Shown here piece after piece: positions 53,501-64,000 of a stretch of DNA of 64,000 nt. How positions within the stretch are numbered: the first letter of the stretch is position 1; each line of letters begins with the position of its first letter. The translations under genes and the position numbers were made by a program. The stretch spans positions 198,152,001-198,216,000 of the forward strand of contig NC_042997.1 of NCBI RefSeq assembly GCF_006345805.1, read 5' to 3'. The notes beneath the pieces are model-generated. The model saw nothing but the letters and a program-made list of their open reading frames with translations, searched no databases and was not told the DNA's origin. This DNA comes from Octopus sinensis (taxonomy: Eukaryota).

Positions 53501-54715
53501 CATTATATGAAAATTCATAGCTTATTTTGCTGGGTATGATGGAAAGTTTCGGTTGTCCACGGTCAGCAGAATATGGTGACACTCATTTACTGTTACGATT
53601 CATAAACGCTGCGAAGAATTCTTGGAGTTCCAAGGAATGATGATTTTTGTAGGCATTCTTCCTTCACACTTGCACCGATCTTTTTCAACCATGCTGGTTG
53701 TTGGGTGCTGATATTTCAAAGCGCACCAATTACTATTGGTATGGCGTCTACTCTCTTCATTGCTCACAACCTTCGTATTTCTCACTTCAAATCGTATAAT
53801 TGTATATTTTTTTCTTCTTTCACATTGATCCTGTTTCCACCGGGGCATGCTATGTCGATTATCATACATGTTTTCACTTTTCTGTTCACCACAACAATGT
53901 TCAGTCCCCGATGTCTGGTCGGGTGATCGCAATGGGTTTTGCAATTCTCATTCTCAGTGACTCCTTCTGGAGTTTACTCATATCACGTCTTTGCTCTTTG
54001 TAGGCCGTGATTTCCCAGAGCTCCCAATGGATCGCTCTTGTCACATTGTTATGGCCTCCTTTGTATTTGCGTTGTGCCAATTTCGGGCATTCGCTAACTA
54101 TGTGCAATGCCGTTTCACTCCTCTCACCACACATAAGCATTTGTTACTATCAGTAGTGTTGTCTATTCTGCACTTCATATAATCGGTCCTTAACGCCTGT
54201 TACTTATGCCGCGCATATGAGTGCTTCTATCTCTATGTTCAGGTCGCTCCTCCTCATCCATAGCCACCTGTATCTGTCTTGGCATTCACATCTCTTGCAA
54301 ACTGACTGTATGTTTTCTTTTCCTTTCAGGCTTTTTCTTTAATATTGTTAATTTTTTTTAGTTGCGCAATTTTCAGCTTTGATGACACCGGCCTTCTTCG
54401 TGTGCTTTCATCAGCTCCACGGCATTTTTATATACCACCCTAGGCTGCTTTTCTCTGCTTCGATGCAGTCCTGGCAACTGATCAAACTTCTTCCACTCTT
54501 TCTTATGGACAAGTACAACCTATCGGTGTCACTCTTAGGGTGGTAGGCTCCGTTTACAGTCAAAGTTTTTTCTGGTCTTGGCATCCATTTTCTTAATTTC
54601 TCTATTTTGCCATTTTATAATTCCTGCTCCATAGCAAAATGATGCTATCGCCCACGTATTAACTGACCGTAAATTTTCTTTTCGTTCCGTGCTTTTTATC
54701 ATTTTTTTGTTCATA
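53495..54715 (-). mobile_element. R4/Dong-like LINE, 3' ~1.2 kb (RT thumb, CCHC knuckle, restriction-like endonuclease), degenerate
   Basis: Translations VNTWAIASFCYGAGIIKW..KKMDAKTRK..HPKSDTDRLYL; CGERSETALHIVSECPKLAQ; RPDI; KTCMIIDIACPG; IPIVIGALG; 3' end runs into TAA-rich sequence. Confidence 0.88.
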
Positions 54716-54924
54716 TCATGTTTAAAGTTTTCTTTAGTTACACAATTTTCATTCTTCTTCTTCTTCTTCTTCTTCTTTTCCTTTATTATTGTTATTATTT
54801 AAGACGTCGCTCGGTGTCCAATATCATGATGTTGATTGAAGATATGGTGTCTACTGGGGGTTAGTACTGTCTGTCGAGTCACAACAAGGACCCCAGATAG
54901 ACAGCACTTTACGCAAAATCAGCA

Positions 54925-55316
54925 AGCGAGAATAATCGTTAATACTTCAGACAAGAATTCTGAGTTCTAAATACAAATTCTGTCGAGGTCAACTTTGCCT
55001 TTCATCCTTTCAGAGTCGAAAAATTAAATACCAATGGTTAGGGCAGCGGACTCGCGGTCATAGGATCGCGGTTTCGATTCCCAGACCGGGCGTTGTGAGT
55101 GTTTATTGAGCGAAAACACCTAAAGCTCCATGAGGCTCTGGCAGGGGGTGGTGGCGATCCCTGCTGTACGCTTTCGCCACAACTTTCTCTCACTCTTCCT
55201 TATGTTGGCCTGCTCGCTTAGCCAGCGAGGGGGGCGTCATTTGAAGGCTAAAACAATACGAAGCGCATTGTGACCAGCGATGTGTAGCAACATCTGATAG
55301 CCTGGTCGGTCACGGT
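54925..55316 (+). mobile_element. Chimeric SINE: family-A 5' part fused to a family-C body
   Basis: A sequence to AAATTAAATACCA continues directly into ATGGTTAGGGCAGCGGACTCGCGG of C, which runs to its normal end. Confidence 0.8.
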
Positions 55317-55417
55317 GTTATTGTATTAATAGTTTGGGTGGTGACTGTAAGGTATAAACTGTCTGAGCTGAGTATATTGTGTCGTAATTAGCATGTATAA
55401 TAAGTAACCGAGTGAAA

Positions 55418-55680
55418 GGGCCTGGCCTAATGGTGATGGCGTTGCATTCACGATCGCCAGATGGTGGGTTAGATTTCGGAGCCGAGCAGAACGTTGTGTT
55501 TGTGAGCAAAACGCTTCAGTTCACTCACTGCTAAGAGTCCACTCAGTTATAAATGATTAGCCCTGCGACAGACTTACCTTCTGATCAGGGGCCGAAGCGG
55601 GATGTTGGCTTGCTCGCCTAGCCACCGGGATGGCATCGTTCGAAGGCGAAAACGCTGCAAAGCGTAATGTGACCAGTGAT
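55418..55680 (+). mobile_element. Old SINE with E-like head and C-type tail
   Basis: Degenerate tRNA head, GTGAGCAAAACGCTTCAG domain and TTGGCTTGCTCGCCTAGCC...TGTGACCAGTGAT tail. Confidence 0.65.
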
Positions 55681-55949
55681 AAATAACAAGATGCGACAGT
55701 CTGGTTGATTTCGTAATCACTGAATATTTCAGCCACTGTATAATTACCAGAAACTGGCATCTTTAACATAATTCCCAGAAGGAAACAGTGTAACACATTA
55801 TGATTTGCAGGTGATGTTTGGAATTGAATTTTTCTATTTGAGACAAAGTCCATCTGTCGAAATTCCTGTCAGATTATTTACACTAGTTTCAATTACAAGA
55901 CTTGGGAGAATTCAAAATTATGGTATTACTAAATGTATTTTACCCACAG

Positions 55950-56245
55950 CGAAGGCGCGCGCCTTAGTGCTTAGGGTGTTGGACTCACGATTGCTACATT
56001 GTGGGTTCGATTCTCGCACCGAGAAAATCGTTCTGCTCCTGAGCAAAAAACACTTCCTTTCACGTTGCTCCACTGCAGTTAGCTATAAAAGGGACACCCT
56101 GCTACTGAAGAGTCTTCTAATAAGAGGGGACGTTGGCCTGCTCACCAGGCCAGTGGGTTGGCCTCATTCAAAAGCTACACAGTGCGAAGCGCATTGTGAC
56201 CAGTGATGTATAACATCATCTGATACTCTGGTCAATACAGTGATT
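55950..56245 (+). mobile_element. Old SINE with E-like head and C-type tail
   Basis: CTGAGCAAAAAACACTTCCTTTCACGTTGCTCCA domain and GTTGGCCTGCTCA...GCGCATTGTGACCAGTGATG tail. Confidence 0.75.
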
Positions 56246-56844
56246 TTTACCTACAATGTGACTTTATGTGGTCTAAAGTGACCTTCTGTGGTCTAAAATT
56301 CCTAACCGCTTGCGTAGAAATCAGGAACACTTTCTGTGTTGTGTTACATTGATCATTAAGGATGTGTTGCGTAGAATGAGTTGAATAATCATGTGATGAT
56401 GGGTGAGATGTGTTATCGGCTGCTAATTCAGTAAAAAATATTTCTATTGCAGCAGCACCTTTGCGTATATATCAGCAGTACTGCAATGACTGTAGCATTA
56501 GCTGTTATTACTATTATTATTAATAGTATTTATTATCAGACGGTTAATCGATTTCCTTTATTTATCTTCGTGTTTTCGACAGTTTTATGTGAGTTTCTAC
56601 TGCATCGTTATGAACGCTTCCATTCTCCTAAGATGTAGATACAAGTGGTTGCGTAGGTTGTGGTCGCAATCATTAAGTCATGCGTTAAATCACACACGGC
56701 CTCATCGTGGATAAATGTCTTTTACGATGATACTATAATTACTTCGGTCGGTCCGAGCTTCGTGAATAAAACTGGCAGAGGGGAAACTGCCTGGATCCTA
56801 GTTGGATGAACTGTTCCTGTAATTTTGCATTAGTTATTTTTGTA

Positions 56845-57312
56845 GATGGGTGAATGTAGCAAGGATAGCACGTATGAATGACGAAGCCACCTTGAGCATA
56901 ATCCTATGAACCCGGAAAAATTTAAAACAGAGGGTTACCTACTCGCAAACAAATGTGGTAACATGTAACATTATTGACCGAGGTTACCGTGGTCTTTTCC
57001 CTGGGGTTTTCTTTCCACGGATAAACCTTATCTGCTTCCCCCTTTACACTTTACATCATGACATTTCTGTAATACACGATCCCTATTGATCGTTTTTTTC
57101 TTTTTTTTTTCTTTTCCTTTTACGATCCCTTTTGATCGAAAACCTACCCCTGTTGCTCGTGTTTTTTCTTTTTTTTATTTTCTTCTTTCCCTTTTACGAT
57201 CCCTTTTGATCGAAAACCTACCCCACTTTCCCCCCACCCCCAAAAAAAGAAACGCTCTACTTTGTAATCTGTCCCGTCTGTGTGCACCCCTGTGTGGCTA
57301 ATAAAGAAACAT
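56845..57312 (+). mobile_element. Tx1-like LINE ORF2 C-terminus and 3' UTR
   Basis: Reads RWVNVARIARMNDEATLSIIL*, homologous to ER*VKVAIIA in the 2130-3012 element; both are followed by a GAGGTT..CCCT(A/G)G(A/G)GGT UTR motif; ends CCCCTGTGTGGCTAATAAAGAAA. Confidence 0.65.
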
Positions 57313-57929
57313 ATTTTTGTAGTTCTGTGGCGGATAACCTTTTCATTTATTTGGAAAAAGATCTATCTTCCTGTTTCCTAAAAAAATATTTTCTTTCTCT
57401 GTGGGACTTTCACTGAAGTATTCTAAATGCAATCATTACTTTTCATGTATTGTTTTCTGTCTAGACTTGCCAATTCACTTAAACTCCAGTTGAGAATATA
57501 ATAACTATGATTTATTAACGGAACTGCTACAGTATTGAAAATAGATTTTTTGTTTAAAGAAATTAGCAAAGTATTTGTCTGATGTGTCTATCATCACTTT
57601 CCAGCGTTTTCTCTTCCGTTGAATGTATTATGCGCAGTGTACTTAAAATGTAGTTAATTAAATTCTTAAATATTTGTAAGTATGCTTATTTTAATTCTCC
57701 TCACACGCTTTTTTCCCCGTTTTAGCTAGCGGATATTAGAGCTATTTTTTAACATTAATTAATTCTCCTCTCTCCAAGGTTGCTTAATCATATTTTTAGA
57801 CTGAAGTTCTAAGTGCTCATTCCTCTAATGTATAAGTTCTTCTTATAAGGTTTTGTCTTTAATTTTTTTTGTTGCATTTCAAGTGGTGTGTGTAGCATTC
57901 GTTATTCAGTATATGCTTTGGGTATGTAA

Positions 57930-58200
57930 AGACGGTGGCTTAATGGTTTGGATATTCGATTCACGATCATAAGGTGGAGGGTTATATTCCCAGTTTCCTT
58001 GAGCAAGACATTTTATTCTACTTTTCTACAGTCCACTCAATCGACGAAAAGGAGTTATACCTGTAATTCAAAGGGGCTACCTTGTAATTTTTTGTGCCAC
58101 GCTGAATCTCCCTGAGAACTGCGTTACAGGTACTCGTGTTTGTGGAGTACTCAGTCACTTGCACGTTAATTTCACAAGGAGGTTGTTCCGTAACCGACGA
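57930..58200 (+). mobile_element. Old SINE with E-like head and a fourth tail type
   Basis: Tail CACTTGCACGTTAATTTCAC..AGG.TGTTCCG also occurs inverted at ~29690-29750. Confidence 0.7.
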
Positions 58201-58319
58201 AATACCAGTGTAGCATTCCGTTATTTTCTGTGTGCGCATGCGTATAAGGCTTGAAGTTATATATTGATCTGCGTTATATATTATTATTATATATATGAAG
58301 TTATATATTGATCTGATAA

Positions 58320-58552
58320 GGCGGCGAGCTGGCAGAAACGTTAGCGCGTCGGGCGAAATGCTTTTTCGTATTACGTCTGCCGTTACGTTCTGAGTTCAAA
58401 TTCCGCCGAGGTCGACTTTGCCTTTCAACCTTTCAAGGTCGATAAATAAAGTACCAGTTACGCCCTGATGTCGATGTAATCGTCTTAATCCTTTTGTCTG
58501 TCCTTGTTTGTCCCCTCTATGTTTATCATCTTGTGGGCAATAATGAAATATA
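58320..58552 (+). mobile_element. Family-A SINE, full length
   Basis: Complete match; flank motif TATAT(T)TTGATCTG on both sides. Confidence 0.92.
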
Positions 58553-58612
58553 TATTTTGATCTGCTTTTGGCTGACTCGTTACTGCGCCGAGCATTATGC
58601 TGAACGGCATTT

Positions 58613-58947
58613 GTGAAGGCGCATGGCTCAGTGGTTAAAGCTTACGATCGTGAGGTTGGGAGTTCAATTCCCGGACCAGGCTGAGCAAGACACTTTATTT
58701 CATGTTGCTCCAGTTCATTCAGCTTTAGAAGTGAGTTGCGATGTCATTGGTGCCAAGTTGTATCGACCTTTGCCTTTCCTTTGGATAACATCGGTGACGT
58801 GGAAAGGATAGGCTGGTATGCATGGGCGACTACTGGTCTTCCATAAAAACAAACCGAGGTTGCGCGTTCGCCGGTGAAGCGACTTTCCGTCCTGACTTGT
58901 ACCCCGGAGGGGAATCTCTTAGTTGCACCCATGGTCATTCGTGACCC
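58613..58947 (+). mobile_element. Family-E SINE with small deletions and a ~35-bp insertion
   Basis: Matches the rc of 43375-43712. Confidence 0.88.
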
Positions 58948-60019
58948 ACGCAATTATTTAAATTTCGTCCGTGATTACTTTGCCTCTCATTCTTCCGGGA
59001 TCAGTAAAATAAGTACCACTTGTTAAGCATTGGAGTGAATATAAGCGGCTTGACCCCCTCTTTCAAAAATTTCGGATTATTTTTATGAGGCTCATTTTGT
59101 TATTATATGTCTAATTGTTTGTTTTTTGTTCCGACTATCCCTTTTCTAGGCCTTCCTTTTATGTATATTTCTTCATTACCTCCACAGACATGGTGATGTC
59201 TCTTTGAATTGATATATCGACGAGGTGACATATTTCTTTTGATGATCTGAAACAATTACTTCGGGAAAAAATCGTTTTAATATTCCTCCCCTTATGAGTC
59301 GATACACCCAGGGTATGGCCAACAAGTAATCAACGTGAAATTATAGTTTTTTTTTTATTACCTGTTTCCCTATGACTATTTCAATAACCCTGACATATTG
59401 TCAACCGTGTGAAACTTTTCGCACAGACTTATTTCAGTATAAATTTTGCTTTCTCTAGTTCAAACAGCCAGAAACAATGAAATATAATTCTTTCATTACA
59501 CTCTCTTGATATTTATATCATTTTGAAATGGCTTCTTTCACACATTCAAATAATTTACAGTGGAAAACTTTGGCAGTGTGTCAAGATTAAAAACCATTAC
59601 AGATTCAGTTAAAACTATAAAAAGGCTTTCCTGGCAACATTTCAGCGTGTCCCTTTCTTAATTCAATTTTAGCTCGACATAAGGGAGGGAATGATATTCA
59701 TACAGGCTAGTATGCGGGCTCGATTAGTGTGTTCAAAAAGTGGTTTAATTCACATTTCTAGGGAAAAAAGATACAGATGAAAAGGTTATGGCTAATGTCA
59801 AAAGAAAAAAAAATCTGGTCAACTTGCACCTTTTCGGTGTCGTGTTATTTTCGCTGTCACGACATGCAAACATGCATTGAAACTGCCTTATTTGAGTGTA
59901 GCCATGAGCGATGAGAAAATAGCTGTGATGGTCAATTATCAGACACACTTTTATAGATTAGCCCCTTGTCCATCCAAAATCTCGAGTAGATCTAAGATCA
60001 AATGTGGACCTTGTGTGAA

Positions 60020-60405
60020 TACTTCGAAAAACGATGACGCCGTGGTGATCTCATTCTCGCTCACAACATCATAAGCAGAAAGTGTAACCTCTCGAAAGAG
60101 CTGTTCTTCACTCCTGCTCCAGAGCGTGGGCTGCGGGGTCACTCCGAACAGCTCTATCTACGACGATTTCATCTCAATCGAAGGAGAGGGGCTTTCTCTG
60201 TCCGGGTTGTGGATCCGTGGAATAAGCTGCCGGACGAGATAATGAAGATGCCGATGACCGCTCGGTTCAAATTCTCTCTTGACCAGAAATGGCCTGAACT
60301 CTTTGTATGACCGCCCTCCCTGTACATAACTCCCTGTCCCCCTACATGGCCTTGCTTTTGTTTTTTGAGCCAATAAAAATTGAATTGAATTCAATTGATT
60401 ATGTG
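60020..60405 (+). mobile_element. CR1/L2-group LINE, 3' end
   Basis: Reads RRGDLILAHNII..LRGHSEQLYLRRFHLNRRRGAFSVRVVDPWNKLPDE..FKFSLD..*, followed by an (AATTG)n tail. Confidence 0.88.
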
Positions 60406-61235
60406 GATCCAGTGTGAATGCTTCCAAATATTTAGTATAGGCAGGTGCTCGAATCCCTATATTTCTTTGTTAAGCTGGTTGATGTAACGCCATCCCATGC
60501 CGTATATTAAGTTTTTGCAAATGGTAAAACGACAATATCTTTAGTGATAGTCACAATGATAATGAGTATGTGCTTTACGGTTTTGATTACTCCCAAATTA
60601 AGATATGATTTATAGACAGTGAAATGCTACCAAGGAAGAGATACTGGGATATATTGTGATATTGAAGCATTCCTCAACGCACTTATTTATTATGCAGAAA
60701 TTTTGACGTGCAGAAGTAGGTCGTGCTGTTATTGTAATGATAACTGGCGCTCTGAAGATCTGATCGTCTCGTTAATTTCCTTGACAAAGAAGAGCAGATG
60801 CTTTTAGTTTGTCTCATGGGCATAAATAAGCATTAAAGCGGTCAAGGGTGAAAGGTCCGGATAAAGGTTATATTTTGACAATAAGAAACAGAGGAAAGGG
60901 AATCGCGCAAAGAGTATTTAAATACTGCATTCCAATTAATGTTTGTTAGAGATACGTTAGAATAGGTAAATATGGTCCCACAAGGATTTTCAAGATGAAA
61001 TATAGCAAGGCCAGTGCATAAGAATGACCCTGCACCAGTCAAATCAAATAACTCAAGTAAAATTACTCTCTTTGTCATCTCTCTCTGATACACAAACAAA
61101 TGCACACACACGTACAAACACACACATACACACATAGATACATAAAAAGATATATAAATAGACAGATTTATTGATCTGCCTGTCTATCTATCAATCAACA
61201 CTTATATACATATATACATCTATATGTATATATAT

Positions 61236-61432
61236 TGTGGGGATAATAGTAATAATGGTACACTCCTCCCACGTGTCAAGTGGTATGTGCTAGTCGCTAT
61301 AAATAAGGTGACGTCGGTCAGTATAAAGGGAGAGTACGAAGTAGACGGTTAAAGTTAGTCATGGTCTTACTTGTCTTGCTAAGTATACTGCTATACCAGA
61401 GTGGGCGTCATAACAATGAGACATTAAAGATT

Positions 61433-61438
<6 letters not shown>
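61236..61438 (+). mobile_element. Probable solo LTR (203 bp)
   Basis: TG...CA ends, internal TATAAATA, ATTAAA near the 3' end, ATAT on both flanks (weak evidence in AT-microsatellite context). Confidence 0.55.
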
Positions 61439-61482
<44 letters not shown>

Positions 61483-61734
61483 CACGCTGACACGTGACGA
61501 AAGGGGATCTATCTCTCTGCTCATTTCCTGCCTAAAGACAACACGTGCTTATACCTGTCTCCCCTCATAAGCTCGTCTTTCTAGCATCCATAATAATTTT
61601 TCTATCGTCTTGGCTTAACAGCCCTCACCGTTCGTTTATACTTGTCTTGTTCTGACTGTCCTATTCTTGTTACCACTTTCACCCTCTGCAAAAAATCCCA
61701 AATTTTATTTGATTTGCTTTGCGGGAAGGACTGT

Positions 61735-61990
61735 TTCAACGACGTCGCGCATTGTCCTTGCATTTGAACCGCGGATTAGATGAAACAGGGACAACTGATG
61801 TTGTATGTCTCGTATCTCTGTTTTTTTTTCGTTGTTCGAAAAAATAAGTTCGTTTTCTATATTTTGGTTTTATGTTTTTGCTTCTCATTGTGTTCAACGT
61901 ATTTTTTTGATGTCCTGTACCCATATATGCATGTATATATACATATATATGTAGGTATGTACATATATGTATAGATGCATATATACATAT
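61735..61990 (+). mobile_element. PLE-type terminal repeat fragment, same family as 29450-29670
   Basis: Shared blocks with the 29.5-kb copy. Confidence 0.65.
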
Positions 61991-62619
61991 CTACATAATA
62001 ATAGAAATAATATATAACTATAAGTGCGTATGTGTGTGTGTCTGCGTAATATATATATGTGTATATGTATATATGTGTGTATATATGTGTATATATTTAT
62101 GTGTATATATATATATGTGTGTATATATGTGTATATATGTGTATATATATGTGTATATGTATGTATGTGTGTATATATGTGTGTGTATATATGTGTGTGT
62201 ATATATGTGTGTATATATGTGTATATATATATATGTGTATATGTATGTATGTGTGTATATATGTGTGTGTATATATGTGTGTGTATATATGTGTGTATAT
62301 ATATGTATATATATATGTGTATATATAAGTATATATATGTTTATCAGTAATACAGTGATTGTTATTAACTTTTAACCGTGGTGAACTGTATTCACACATT
62401 TTTCTCGCATTTTCTTATATGCTTGTACTGATGAGTTATGTTTCATCTTCCGTGATTTTATACATGTATATTCTATGATTAAATGTTCGAGATATGAAAT
62501 GTTACGTGGATGACCTTATATTCGTTTGTTCTGCAACCATAGTTTAATATATATATATATGTATATATATATATGTATGTATATTTATAATGTTAATAAG
62601 GTGAATGACGATTTGTACA

Positions 62620-63110
62620 TTCAGACTTTATTCATAGTTGGTTTATTCATAATAATCATCCCATACGTGTTTCGATAGAATTAGTTGCATATTATTCCAT
62701 TTTTCATATGCCGCGATTTACGCATTGTTAGTACAATCACTTCAGGGTGTATAAATATGACATTGTTCGAAGAGGAATTTTACTCCGTTATTACTTTGAA
62801 AAGGGCTTGGTAGCAGTAGTAGAAAACCATGACATTCATCGATGAGCTGCTTTTCACAACTGCTGAATTTTACCTAAACAATCACTTGTGAAAAGCGGCT
62901 CATCGATGAATGTGATGGTTTAATGTTACCAAGGCAGGTTCAAACTAATAACGGAGTAAAGCCCCTCTTCGAACAATGTCGTATTTATACACCCTGAAGA
63001 GATTATACTAATAATGCATAAATATTTAACAATATGCAATTAATTCTATTGAAACACGTATCGGACGATTATTATGAATAAACCAATGGTAAATAAACAT
63101 AAAGTTTGAA
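62620..63110. repeat. ~490-bp imperfect palindrome with ~26-bp spacer
   Basis: For example CAGGGTGTATAAATATGACATTGTTCGAAGAGG pairs with CCTCTTCGAACAATGTCGTATTTATACACCCTG, and CATTCATCGATGAGCTGCTTTTCACAA pairs with TTGTGAAAAGCGGCTCATCGATGAATG. Confidence 0.93.
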
Positions 63111-63246
63111 TTTCAAATTTTTCATTCCCCTTATTATCAATATTGTACTTTACACTCTAATTAGCCAGAAAACAAAAATGTAACATCGGATGAGAGTTAA
63201 AGGAAATTTACCATAAAATGCACCATCTGAAGGAACCAACCCTGGC

Positions 63247-63322
63247 GTTGTTGGCATTGTAGATGGAAAAATACGGTATCTACCTGGATATTATATCCCT
63301 CCTCTCTCTCTCTCTCTCTCTC

Positions 63323-63364
<42 letters not shown>

Positions 63365-63448
63365 TAGGGGAGAGAGGAAGTTGTTGGCATTGTAGATGGA
63401 AAAATTCGGTATCTACTGGATATTATATCCCTCCTCTCTCTCTCTCTT

Positions 63449-63499
<51 letters not shown>

Positions 63500-63590
63500 T
63501 ATATATATATATATATGAGATAGGGGAGAGAGGAAGTTGTTGGCATTGTAGATGGAAAAATTCGGTATCTACCTGGATATTATATCCCTC

Positions 63591-63622
<32 letters not shown>

Positions 63623-63750
63623 CTATATATATATATCTATATATATATATATATAATAGATATATATATATATATATGAGATAGGGGAGAGAGGAAGTTG
63701 TTGGCATTGTAGATGGAAAAATTCGGTATCTACCTGGATATATATCCCTC

Positions 63751-63811
<61 letters not shown>

Positions 63812-63875
63812 ATATATATATAATATATATATATAGATATATATATATATATATATACATAGGGGAGAGAGGAAG
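63247..63875. repeat. Four-unit minisatellite with embedded (CT)n(TA)n
   Basis: Units start at 63247, 63380, 63536 and 63697 with GTTGTTGGCATTGTAGATGGAAAAA. Confidence 0.95.
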
Positions 63876-64000
63876 TGTGATAGTGAGACAGGAAGCAGGT
63901 GCGATTGATGGTTGTATCTATTCAAACCAGCAACGGTTTACGGCCATCATACCCGTTACTATTCCTAATGTCCTGATGATTTTTGGCGATGTTTGAAACT

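Noticed and set aside
58856-58889. GC-rich ~35-bp insertion inside an E-family SINE
   Set aside because: Single small insertion with no recognisable source or structure; nothing further can be supported.

Overview
AT-rich eukaryotic non-coding DNA made almost entirely of repeats. From memory its SINE and microsatellite content resembles an octopus (coleoid cephalopod) genome; this is an inference, not a database result. I could not support any host protein-coding exon: the long ORFs are microsatellite, SINE or transposon read-throughs. Contents: about 35 copies or fragments of tRNA-derived SINEs (my working labels A-E) that appear to mix heads and tails; decayed LINE pieces from Tx1/L1, R4/Dong, RTE-BovB and CR1-like clades; several Penelope-like element (PLE) ends, two with GIY-YIG remnants; five decayed Tc1/mariner-superfamily elements; a MITE; Helentron-type fragments; a probable solo LTR; two complex tandem arrays. 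The strongest signal is a set of unrelated minimal type-I hammerhead-ribozyme-like folds at PLE-type termini: a canonical core with a very long stem II (44926-45013), a U3-A8 covariant core (25883-25920), a CCGACGA-core family with fold-back ends (28.8 and 31.5 kb), an outward-facing pair in a ~490-bp palindrome (62.6-63.1 kb) and one behind a tRNA-like head (3.7-3.9 kb). Second, the SINE-A 3' tail matches the 3' ends of two Tx1-like LINE remnants in the same window. All translations, folds and coordinates were read by hand; element boundaries are approximate.
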